In this document: positions 28,173 to 36,104 of the stretch, in pieces
Layout: the number at the start of each line of letters is the position of its first letter
Numbering within the stretch: position 1 is the stretch's first letter
From: Candidatus Nanoarchaeia archaeon
GTDB taxonomy: Archaea; Nanobdellota; Nanobdellia; SCGC-AAA011-G17; JACPNG01
Direction of reading: 5' to 3'
Length of the DNA: 64,000 nt
Assembly (NCBI GenBank): GCA_028714095.1
Contig: JAQTMY010000001.1
Span: 277,804-341,803, forward strand
Position numbers and translations under genes: made by a program
Notes under the pieces: model-generated
Told to the model about the DNA's origin: nothing
Databases searched by the model: none
What the model saw: the letters and a program-made list of their open reading frames with translations, nothing else

Positions 28173-28233
28173 GTATAAGCAAGCCTAAACCGGCCTATCC
28201 ATCTCACTTTCAGTTAATTTAGTATTTATAAAT

Positions 28234-28836
28234 CTAACTAAAAATAGCTTTAATCCCAATAGTTATAAATTTGACCCCCCAGGCAATTGTTATTAATCCC
28301 AAGATAGTTGATACTGTTTGTATTGTGGTTTTCCCAATAAACTTATGGATTCTTTCTGATTGGTAGAATAAAATTACTGTAAATGTTAACACGATTAAAA
28401 CAGACATCCCAGTCAAGAATCTCCCGTAATCATTTATAGCAACCAAGATTGCAGTTATTGCAGCAGGTCCAGTTAATAATGGAGTTCCAATTATTGCTGC
28501 TATTGCTCTTGCAGAATCCCCCTTTAATTTTTCTTTATTATTGGATAAAGATCCCCCCAAAGCCATTTTAATTCCTAATATACCAAGGATAATTCCTCCT
28601 GCAATTCTAAATTCTTCAATATTGGTGCTAAATAATTCAAGTAAGGTTTCTCCCAATACGATTACCATTAATGATAAAAGTCCGGCTACTAGCACAGCAT
28701 ATGTTGCAGTTTTCTGTCTATCCTTCTTTTTCATAGAGGATGTTGCTGAAAAAAATACTGCAAGACTTGCTAATGGATCAAATATTACCACAAATAAAAT
28801 TATCAGCTGTATGAAAATATCTATCATAATCATCAC
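28234..28836 (-). CDS. MarC-family (UPF0056) integral membrane protein
   Basis: 200 aa, six hydrophobic helices, N-terminal FDPLASLAVF motif. Confidence 0.65.
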   Translation of the reverse strand: MMIMIDIFIQLIILFVVIFDPLASLAVFFSATSSMKKKDRQKTATYAVLVAGLLSLMVIVLGETLLELFSTNIEEFRIAGGIILGILGIKMALGGSLSNNKEKLKGDSARAIAAIIGTPLLTGPAAITAILVAINDYGRFLTGMSVLIVLTFTVILFYQSERIHKFIGKTTIQTVSTILGLITIAWGVKFITIGIKAIFS

Positions 28837-28879
28837 TTCTTTTAGAAGTCTTTAAAGTTCTTTAATTTATAAAATTAAC

Positions 28880-29137
28880 TCATAATTTATAGATTTTGTC
28901 TGAGTTCCTTACAACGTCTACTACCCTTATCCCGACAGAATCCCCCCTTTTTGCTTCATTTATTGGTTTTCTGTCTATTTGCATGCTCTCTACTTCCTGT
29001 TCAAAATCTGTAGTAGCACCTTTAATTTTTATTGTATCTCCTACCTTAAGAGTTCCGGTCAGGGTTACCGCAACAACCCCCAATTTTGAAAAATATGTCT
29101 CAATTTTTCCAATTTCTTTCATTTTAATAATATTCAC
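28880..29137 (-). CDS. Small EF-Tu domain-2-like beta-barrel protein
   Basis: 85 aa; LKVGDTIKIKG..EVESMQIDRKPINEAKRGDSVGIRV resembles translation-factor domain II. Confidence 0.5.
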   Translation of the reverse strand: MNIIKMKEIGKIETYFSKLGVVAVTLTGTLKVGDTIKIKGATTDFEQEVESMQIDRKPINEAKRGDSVGIRVVDVVRNSDKIYKL

Positions 29138-29194
29138 CCCCTTATATTAAGTATAAGAATTATATAAAAATATCTATCAAACCATAAATTAGGA

Positions 29195-29295
29195 TAGCCC
29201 CGCCAGGATTCGAACCTGGGTCTCCGGAGCCAAGGTCCGGAATGATTGGCCACTACATTCCGCAGAAATATTAAATGTATTTCTTCTACGGGGCT
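29195..29295 (-). tRNA. tRNA-Gln(UUG)-like with ~28-nt non-canonical intron in the D-arm region
   Basis: Hand fold: acceptor AGCCCCG/CGGGGCT, anticodon stem CCGGA/TCCGG, loop CCTTGGC, T-arm CCAGG-TTCGAAT-CCTGG. An extra segment after position ~9/10 contains the hairpin AGAAATA/TATTTCT. Confidence 0.6.
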
Positions 29296-29331
29296 GCGAG
29301 GCTTACCCTGACAAAGATAAAAAGAACTCTT

Positions 29332-29925
29332 TTAAAAACCTTTCCTTAGCTTATATCTCCCTCTAGACTCTACTTTCTCAAACCTTTTCATAAATTCCTT
29401 GTCAGGGTGATAAGCCCTGAATATTTCCTCAAAACTTTCATAAAAGACTTTATAATGTTTAGCTCTTATTGCCTGTTTTAATAAATGCAAATCTACAGCC
29501 TTATCTTCAATTTTATCTGAAAAAAAACTTAAACCAAAATCAATAAAATAAATTTCATCATTTTTTAATATCATGTTGCTTGTTGTTAGATCTCCATGTA
29601 TTATATTCTGGTTGTGCATCTGCCTTATTTGTTTTCCAATCTTGATGCATATCTCTTTTCTGTTTTTTAATTTATCAAAAATATCTTTTAACAAGTCTCC
29701 ATTAATGAATTCCATCTCTATTTTCATGTTTTTATTATCAACAGAAATTAATTTTGGTTTTTTAACATCAATCTTTTCCAGAACCTTAGCTTCTCTTTTT
29801 GTCCTGAATTTCCTTAATTTTTCATCTATTTCATTTATCCTGTATTCTTTTTTTATCCTGTGTTTTATTACTTTGTTCTTATCTTTATAGATAACTGCTT
29901 CTGCTCCCTGCTGTAATATTTCCAT
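29332..29925 (-). CDS. bud32: Bud32/PRPK-type serine/threonine kinase (KEOPS subunit)
   Basis: GAEAVIYKD..KHRIKKEYRINEIDEKLRKFRTKREAKVL and catalytic IIHGDLTTSNMIL..IDFGLS. Confidence 0.75.
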   Translation of the reverse strand: MEILQQGAEAVIYKDKNKVIKHRIKKEYRINEIDEKLRKFRTKREAKVLEKIDVKKPKLISVDNKNMKIEMEFINGDLLKDIFDKLKNRKEICIKIGKQIRQMHNQNIIHGDLTTSNMILKNDEIYFIDFGLSFFSDKIEDKAVDLHLLKQAIRAKHYKVFYESFEEIFRAYHPDKEFMKRFEKVESRGRYKLRKGF

Positions 29926-29988
29926 TATATTCTGTTCAATTAAAAATTTAAAACACTATCTATTATACATCTATATACTATCTATATT

Positions 29989-30013
29989 AAAAAAGGCGCA
30001 GTAGTATTGCGCC
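29989..30013 (-). terminator. Hairpin plus T-run downstream of the small-ORF trio
   Basis: GGCGCA-GTAGTAT-TGCGCC (29995-30013), followed on the minus strand by TTTTTT (29989-29994). Confidence 0.35.
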
Positions 30014-30040
30014 GGGAATTTTAAATCTCTTCAGATACCC

Positions 30041-30130
30041 CTAAATTATCTTCAATAACTCAAGGATAATACCTCCGAAGAGAAGGAGAAGAAAAAAAAT
30101 GGCAAGACAAGTAAACCACATTTTTTTCAT
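30041..30130 (-). CDS. 29-aa hydrophobic peptide (hypothetical)
   Basis: Hand translation: MKKMWFTCLAIFFLLLLFGGIILELLKII. Not in the ORF track. Confidence 0.25.
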   Translation of the reverse strand: MKKMWFTCLAIFFLLLLFGGIILELLKII

Positions 30131-30138
30131 TTTTTCTC

Positions 30139-30273
30139 CTATGCTGGGAATTTTGTGCTAAGCCATAACACAAACCCAGCAATGAGAATTAAGACAATCG
30201 TCCCTATAAGCAATTCTACTCTTATAAGATAGAACCACCCTGGGACTTTTAATACTAGGGAAACTTTTTTCAT
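30139..30273 (-). CDS. 44-aa hydrophobic peptide (hypothetical)
   Basis: Hand translation: MKKVSLVLKVPGWFYLIRVELLIGTIVLILIAGFVLWLSTKFPA. Lies 8 nt upstream of the next small ORF. Confidence 0.25.
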   Translation of the reverse strand: MKKVSLVLKVPGWFYLIRVELLIGTIVLILIAGFVLWLSTKFPA

Positions 30274-30324
30274 GATATTCCTTTCCAATATTGAGTTTCC
30301 CCTAAAACACCGCCCTGAAGAAAG

Positions 30325-30507
30325 TTAACGCCGTTTTTGATGATGTTGATTATCTATTGGGGAATATCCTGCTAAGATAAGCCAGGTTCCAGGGTCAATT
30401 ATTATTTTGAGAGCTGAGAGAAATGTCTCTGGATCCAAACCCTCAAACTCAACAGTTGTTTCCCGCTCATCATCTTTATCTTTGACAGTAATTTTAATAG
30501 ACCTCAT
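30325..30507 (-). CDS. 60-aa acidic soluble protein (hypothetical)
   Basis: ORF only. It is the first of three co-directional small ORFs. Confidence 0.3.
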   Translation of the reverse strand: MRSIKITVKDKDDERETTVEFEGLDPETFLSALKIIIDPGTWLILAGYSPIDNQHHQKRR

Positions 30508-30714
30508 AAATCCTCCAATTTAGTTTTTCCACCTCTTCCTGCCTTTTGAATTTTAGATTGACTCTGTTGTGTATTAGAACTTAAATGCCTAAAAAGGCTA
30601 CAGAGTTTGTCCTAAAATTTTATTGGACAGGTATAAAGTGAAATAGTTATTAGTAGACATCCATCATTTATAAATCTTACTATTTGTTACTATTGCCAAG
30701 TAACTAAACAAATC

Positions 30715-30722
30715 TTTAAATA
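30715..30722 (+). promoter_or_regulatory. TATA box TTTAAATA
   Basis: Lies 22-29 nt upstream of the ATG at 30744. Confidence 0.4.
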
Positions 30723-30743
30723 TAATCTAAAAAACATATTATT

Positions 30744-31232
30744 ATGCAAAAAAGAGGTCAGATCTCAGAGGTTTTTATCTGGATTGCAGCAGCAATCATC
30801 ATGGGTTTAATTTTATACTTTGGAGTTAAAACTGCATTTAGGCTTCAAAATACAGGCAACCAAGTAGCCCTAAATAAAGAAATAGAGGACTTTAAGAGTG
30901 AGGTTGAAAAATATTATTACTTAGATAAGGGCTCTTCCAAAAAAATAACACTTAATTTCCCTTCAGAAATAACTAATATTTGTTTCTCTAATGGTAATGC
31001 TGCAACCAAAAACAAGGATATAGAGCAGGGGATAGATTTTATAGTTAAGGAAGAGGCTAAAAAACCAGATGGAAATAATATGTTTTTAATACCTTTAGAT
31101 TCTTATTCAAATACAGGGTTTTATATTCCTTATCTTAAACACGAAGGAGCCAATTTATTATGTTTTGAAAACAATAAAAATTTGTTTATTATTTCTAAAG
31201 GCGATCACGTAGATATTAAGGAGACTATATAA
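30744..31232 (+). CDS. Pilin-like (class III signal peptide) protein
   Basis: MQKRGQISEVFIWIAAAIIMGLILYF. Shares PSEITNICFS / PSTIDKICFA and the N-terminal region with ORF 2575-3663. Confidence 0.6.
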   Translation: MQKRGQISEVFIWIAAAIIMGLILYFGVKTAFRLQNTGNQVALNKEIEDFKSEVEKYYYLDKGSSKKITLNFPSEITNICFSNGNAATKNKDIEQGIDFIVKEEAKKPDGNNMFLIPLDSYSNTGFYIPYLKHEGANLLCFENNKNLFIISKGDHVDIKETI

Positions 31233-31302
31233 ATATATACATACTCCTTAAAAAGAAGAGCCCTTTTCAGAGCTCCCAATTGTTTTTTGTCCAGACTATC
31301 CC

Positions 31303-31896
31303 TTAGCTTATTATGAATATGAAGAGTTGAATTAAGAAAATTATCGCAAAGCTGGCATAATAGGCAAGAAAGTTTAGGGCAAGAATCTTTACCGATTTCA
31401 AAATACGCTCTTGCCAGTCACACTTCATAAGCCATTCAAGATTCAACCCAATCATTACGAACCAGGTCAGCATAGGAAGACAGAAGCCGAGAGAAACAAG
31501 AAAATCTCTTTTATAGATTCTGCTTAACTCTCTTGAGAAGAACCCGACTAGTAATCCCGCGAGAACTGGAATCCATCTCCCATCCTCTAACCACCGCAGT
31601 AATTTTTGAGGTACTGTTTCAATATCTGCATAGACTGTTGGAAAATTCATTTTTTTTAATGCTTCCACAGTCTTGTGTCCGTTAATTATTTCAAATTGAT
31701 TATCTTTTTTTCTAATTCGGATTCGTATTGGCCTGATTTTATCTGCTTTCTGATCAAGAACATCTTGGAGATATCTTTCCATACCTTTTATGCTTTTAGA
31801 GTTGGGATGATGTGTCATTTTCAAATCTGATACCTTTAAGATTATGGAACCACTTCTTCGATTGAATATTTCATTTAGATTGTAAAGTTTTTTCAT
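31303..31896 (-). CDS. ParB/sulfiredoxin-like N-terminal domain fused to a 3-4 helix membrane domain
   Basis: RPIRIRIRKKDNQFEIINGHKTVEALKKMNFPTVYADI resembles the ParB-like nuclease core. The C-terminal half is hydrophobic. AGGAGG SD upstream. Confidence 0.45.
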   Translation of the reverse strand: MKKLYNLNEIFNRRSGSIILKVSDLKMTHHPNSKSIKGMERYLQDVLDQKADKIRPIRIRIRKKDNQFEIINGHKTVEALKKMNFPTVYADIETVPQKLLRWLEDGRWIPVLAGLLVGFFSRELSRIYKRDFLVSLGFCLPMLTWFVMIGLNLEWLMKCDWQERILKSVKILALNFLAYYASFAIIFLIQLFIFIIS

Positions 31897-32019
31897 TAGA
31901 ATCTCCCTCCTTTCAGACCTTCCGGCCTGATTGAAATTTGTTTGATTTTTATAAATAACTTAGAATGCCTTTGATTTTTAATATGTCTTAACTGAGAAAA
32001 CCCTTATTTATAAAATTAA

Positions 32020-33354
32020 TTAAAATTTAACCTTACCTTTAAATTTCTTCATTATCTTTTCTGGGTTGTTTCCCTTGAACATCTTAAGCATCTTCTTGCT
32101 CTGTCTGTATTGTTTTAACAAATCTCTTACGTCGCTGATGTTTAATCCAGAGCCTTTAGCTATCCTGTCAATTCTCTCAGAAGTTAAAGTTTCAGGATCC
32201 TCTAATTCTCCCTTAGTCATGGACTGCATTATAAACTTCCATTTTTTTAGTTTCTCTTCCTGGACGTCCAGCATGTCTTTAGGTATGTTGACATTTGAAA
32301 AACCAGGAATCATGTCCATTATCTTGTTTAATGGCCCCAACTTTTTCATGCCTTCAAGTTGTTCATACAAATCAAGGAAATTAAAATCACCTTTCAGGAA
32401 TTTCTTCCCCAAGTCTTTTGTTTTTTCCTCATCTAACTCTACATTCACTTTTTCAAGTAAAGCTTCTATATCCCCCATTCCAAGTAATCTTGAAACAAAA
32501 CCTTTTGGATTAAATGATTCTAAAGCATCAACTTTTTCTCCCACTCCAATAAATTTAATCTTGGCCCCTGTAGTGCTGCAAGCAACTAAAGCTCCACCGC
32601 CTTTTGCAGTTCCATCAAGTTTAGTTATTATAATCCCTGTTATGTTTACAGATTTATGGAATTGTTCAGCTTGAACCTGAGCCGCCTGTCCGATATCTGC
32701 ACTTAAAACCAATAATCTTTCATCAGCCTTGATATAATTGTTTAATTCCTCAATTTCTTTTATTAAATCGCTACTTAGTGCATCCCTCCCAGCAGTATCA
32801 ATCAATAGAATATCATAGTCCTTGTATTTTTTCTCAAATTCTTTATAGATTTTTAATGCATCTTTTTCTTTTTTGTCTATGAAACAGTCAATATTAATTG
32901 AATCTGAGATTTGTTTTAGCTGCTCTGGTGCAGCAGGCCTGTGAACATCCAAACCAATAGCAGCAACTTTCTTTCCTCTCTTGGAATAATATTTTGCCAG
33001 TTTTCCTATTGTGGTTGTTTTTCCACTTCCAAATAAACCAACCATCATAATTTTGAAGGGTTTTTTATTAACATTAATTTCTTCTTTCTCTTCCCCTAGA
33101 AATTTAACTAATTCTTCATAAACTACTTTAATCAAGAATTCTCTAGGATTGATCTGCTTTGTAATTTCATCTATAGCTCTTTTCTTAATATTATTTGTTA
33201 AATCTAAGACTAATTTTACATTAACATCAGCTTTAATCAAGGCTTTCTGGATGTCTTTTACTAAATCTTCAATTAGTCTTTTATCTACAAAAGAGCTTCT
33301 TGCTATCTTCCTTAAAGTTTCCTTTAAGCTTTCTCCAAGTTTTTCCAAAACCAT
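32020..33354 (-). CDS. srp54: Signal recognition particle protein SRP54
   Basis: GLFGSGKTTTIGKLA, DTAGR, and a Met-rich C-terminal M domain. Confidence 0.92.
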   Translation of the reverse strand: MVLEKLGESLKETLRKIARSSFVDKRLIEDLVKDIQKALIKADVNVKLVLDLTNNIKKRAIDEITKQINPREFLIKVVYEELVKFLGEEKEEINVNKKPFKIMMVGLFGSGKTTTIGKLAKYYSKRGKKVAAIGLDVHRPAAPEQLKQISDSINIDCFIDKKEKDALKIYKEFEKKYKDYDILLIDTAGRDALSSDLIKEIEELNNYIKADERLLVLSADIGQAAQVQAEQFHKSVNITGIIITKLDGTAKGGGALVACSTTGAKIKFIGVGEKVDALESFNPKGFVSRLLGMGDIEALLEKVNVELDEEKTKDLGKKFLKGDFNFLDLYEQLEGMKKLGPLNKIMDMIPGFSNVNIPKDMLDVQEEKLKKWKFIMQSMTKGELEDPETLTSERIDRIAKGSGLNISDVRDLLKQYRQSKKMLKMFKGNNPEKIMKKFKGKVKF

Positions 33355-33375
33355 ACTTTTGGTTATTAATGTTTA

Positions 33376-33383
33376 TTTATAAG
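33376..33383 (-). promoter_or_regulatory. TATA box TTTATAAG (srp54)
   Basis: Lies 22-29 nt upstream of the ATG at 33354. Confidence 0.4.
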
Positions 33384-33420
33384 TGTAGTTAGTATATTGA
33401 TGTATTTACTTGGAGAGAAT

Positions 33421-33453
33421 AAAAAAAGCCTCCTCTCCGAAGAGGGGAGGCTT
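33421..33453 (-). terminator. Bacterial-type intrinsic terminator
   Basis: On the minus strand: 12-bp GC-rich stem (33426-37 / 33442-53, one G-U pair), TTCG tetraloop, then a run of 7-8 T. Lies 26 nt after the stop at 33479. Confidence 0.6.
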
Positions 33454-33478
33454 GCCATAGATAGTTGTAAGGCGGTAG

Positions 33479-34027
33479 TTAGAAGTTCAGGGTAAGTCCT
33501 GCTCCTCCGTAAAATCCGCCGGCGTCATAATCTGCAATTTTCACGACCTTATAACTTCCCTCGGTTGTTAACAAGAAGAAATCGAATATCCTGACAGATA
33601 TCCTTCCCCCGAATTCAAATCCAAGATTATTGTCCTTGAAAGTGTTAAACGGGTTTTTTTCTTGTATCCATGCTTCAACGACTCCCGCGAGAAGTGAGAT
33701 GTCGATCGTTGCTTCCGGATCGAAATGATATGCCACGATGAGACTCAGATATTTATGACTCATCGTTGTTTTTTCGTTCAAGAAGATTGTTTCGCCATGT
33801 AGATCTTCCATAAAAGACCCTGCGGCGTACAGGCCGAAATGTTTGAGTACAAATACCTCAAGATTGACATTGTAAGTCAACCCTCCTGTGTCGTAATTGT
33901 AGATGCTTGTGCTTTTTTCATCGTTGTTTTTTTTCAACCCAACTGATCCGCCGATACGGAGTGTGTCGGCTGAAACCGCGAACGCGAAAATCGAGATTAA
34001 CAAAATAGTGATTGTTATTTTTTTCAT
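33479..34027 (-). CDS. Outer-membrane-protein-like small beta-barrel (OmpX/OmpW-size)
   Basis: Signal MKKITITILLISIFAFAVSA, alternating amphipathic strands, C-terminal AGLTLNF ending in Phe (OMP beta-signal). Confidence 0.6.
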   Translation of the reverse strand: MKKITITILLISIFAFAVSADTLRIGGSVGLKKNNDEKSTSIYNYDTGGLTYNVNLEVFVLKHFGLYAAGSFMEDLHGETIFLNEKTTMSHKYLSLIVAYHFDPEATIDISLLAGVVEAWIQEKNPFNTFKDNNLGFEFGGRISVRIFDFFLLTTEGSYKVVKIADYDAGGFYGGAGLTLNF

Positions 34028-34060
34028 TTTTTACCTTCACTTTTTATTTTGAGGTTTTCA

Positions 34061-36067
34061 TCATCGAACTTGCGCTTGCACTGGACCGCCAGCAGGAACT
34101 CTGATAATCTTGCCTTTGTAGTCGTATAATGCAATCGCCCTGTAGTAATATACTCCGTTCCGATCTAGGGTTTGAGTGTCTCGATACACTCCCGGCGAAT
34201 ATTGGGTCGCGTTTATTTGAATTTCATGACCTGAGGAATCTGAACGATAGAATTCATATCCTCTGAATATTATTCCCGGGAGGCTTCCGGCTGGGCAGGG
34301 TTGAATAAACCCATAAACCCATGCGGACAATCGGCTCGACTCACTCTTCAACCAGGTATCGTAGGATAAACATTCACCGAACCAGATGAAGTTTACTGTT
34401 GTGGTAGACGAAAGTTTGCAGAGATTTGGGGTAGTAACCGTAATCGTGGCATTTCCAGGAGTTCCGCTTTCGAAATTGCGCTGGTAATTTCCATAAATGC
34501 CTGTTGTCCAATTGCCGTTATCGATGCTGAATACAATATTCGTCGGTTTGCTGTAAAGTGCCCCGTTCTGATAGATTTCTGTATTTGCAACGCCTATTTC
34601 GTATCCGTTCGCCAAATACTCGGCTTTGTCGGTCGTTAATTTTAATTCAAACGCCGAGCAACAATCCTCCGCTATCGCGTAAGTTGTGGCACTTGCACTA
34701 TCGTAACCGTCATTGACAGTTATTTCCGCAGTATACTTCCCGGCTTTGGAGGGTTTAACCTTAAGTTCGTTTGTGGTTTCTGCAGTTGCAAGCCCATTAA
34801 CCTTCCAGCTGAATACAAGAGGGTCTCCGTCTGGATCTGAAGCTATTGCAGTAAATGTAAATTCGCCCCCAGATAAGCAGCTCTTATCCGGATTCACCCC
34901 GAGGCTTACGAGTGGCGGTTGGTTCTTAACTGTAATCGTTTTTTTTACAGTAGAACTTTCCCCACAGGTATCTTTAACGGTTTCTGTTATTGTGAAGGTT
35001 CCGACAGAATTGTATATGTATGTCGGATTCTGGACAGTCGAATTGCCTGTTCCATCCCCAAAGTCCCAAAGATAGGAGGTAATGTTGCCATCAATATCTG
35101 TAGACTGGTCACTGAAAGTTACCGTTTCTCCGCGTTTGCTTTGGGTTGGCGAGAATGAGAACCCACCAATTGGAGGATGATTACCGAAGCACTTACTCCT
35201 GACTTCGATACTGTGTTTCATATTGGGAGATTCACAGCCATCGTATTCTGTAAGCGTTACCGTAAAGACCCCCACGGCATTGAAGGTATGCGAAGGATCT
35301 TTGACCGTCGAATTGCCTGTTCCATCCCCAAATTCCCAATTATGAGTCATCACTTGGATTTTTCCGTCATCTGTGGAAAGATTTGTAAATACAACCGTAT
35401 CGCCTTCAGTTATTGGGCTGGAAGGGGAAAACGTGAAATCGACATTTGGTGTTTGGTTCCCGGAGCAGGGGTCAGGATTACAGTTGGTACACAACTGTCC
35501 TTCACCAACGGGATTAACCGGATTATTTATGAAATTGTAATTCCCGTTGTTACTGTAGAATCTCATATGCGGTCTTAGGGCCTCATTTGCAACTGCAGTA
35601 TGGTAGATTTCAACCTCAAGTATGACCGTCCCAGCAGCGTAATTACCGGGGGGGATTGTAAAATTTCCTACCCCTTGATTTGGTCCGTGAGTTGGAGGAG
35701 TTATAACTGTCCCAATGCCCGGGGTGACAATTCCTGCCAATACAGTATAGGTTTTCAGTGGGGTTCCGTGGCTATCCGGTTTAATATAAACCGAAACATA
35801 CTGACCGATATTGGTGCTTTTTTCGAACGACCAACGCACCTTAAAGTGCGTTGCGTCGATGTTGCAATAACATCCATCGATATCCACGTTTAAACACTGA
35901 ACCTTGGGATTGTTATCTCCGCCTTGATAATTTCCCTTCTCTACAGAGGAACTTGGTGTTGGCTCAGAGAATGGATTTTCATTCTCTTTATCACAACATG
36001 TGAAAATCATCGAAAGAGAAAGAGCGGAGACAATAATCAGACTGTAGAAAACAGTTTTTTTAACCAT
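34061..36067 (-). CDS. Lipoprotein with tandem PKD domains
   Basis: ATG at 36067 is preceded by AAGGAG. Lipobox-like LSMIFTC. Two PKD cores: W[ED]FGDGTGNSTV[KQ][DN]P. A third Ig-like repeat carries DPDGDPL. Confidence 0.7.
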   Translation of the reverse strand: MVKKTVFYSLIIVSALSLSMIFTCCDKENENPFSEPTPSSSVEKGNYQGGDNNPKVQCLNVDIDGCYCNIDATHFKVRWSFEKSTNIGQYVSVYIKPDSHGTPLKTYTVLAGIVTPGIGTVITPPTHGPNQGVGNFTIPPGNYAAGTVILEVEIYHTAVANEALRPHMRFYSNNGNYNFINNPVNPVGEGQLCTNCNPDPCSGNQTPNVDFTFSPSSPITEGDTVVFTNLSTDDGKIQVMTHNWEFGDGTGNSTVKDPSHTFNAVGVFTVTLTEYDGCESPNMKHSIEVRSKCFGNHPPIGGFSFSPTQSKRGETVTFSDQSTDIDGNITSYLWDFGDGTGNSTVQNPTYIYNSVGTFTITETVKDTCGESSTVKKTITVKNQPPLVSLGVNPDKSCLSGGEFTFTAIASDPDGDPLVFSWKVNGLATAETTNELKVKPSKAGKYTAEITVNDGYDSASATTYAIAEDCCSAFELKLTTDKAEYLANGYEIGVANTEIYQNGALYSKPTNIVFSIDNGNWTTGIYGNYQRNFESGTPGNATITVTTPNLCKLSSTTTVNFIWFGECLSYDTWLKSESSRLSAWVYGFIQPCPAGSLPGIIFRGYEFYRSDSSGHEIQINATQYSPGVYRDTQTLDRNGVYYYRAIALYDYKGKIIRVPAGGPVQAQVR

Positions 36068-36104
36068 TTTAGATACTCCTTTCAATAGAGAGAAATGGTT
36101 TTCT

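Noticed and set aside
32066-32674. 202-aa plus-strand ORF
   Set aside because: It is antisense to srp54 and has a Ser/Phe/Leu-rich nonsense composition.
34393-35893. Several 65-133-aa ORFs in other frames of the PKD lipoprotein region
   Set aside because: Higher GC removes stop codons and generates long spurious ORFs. The minus-strand 668-aa frame carries the PKD motifs.
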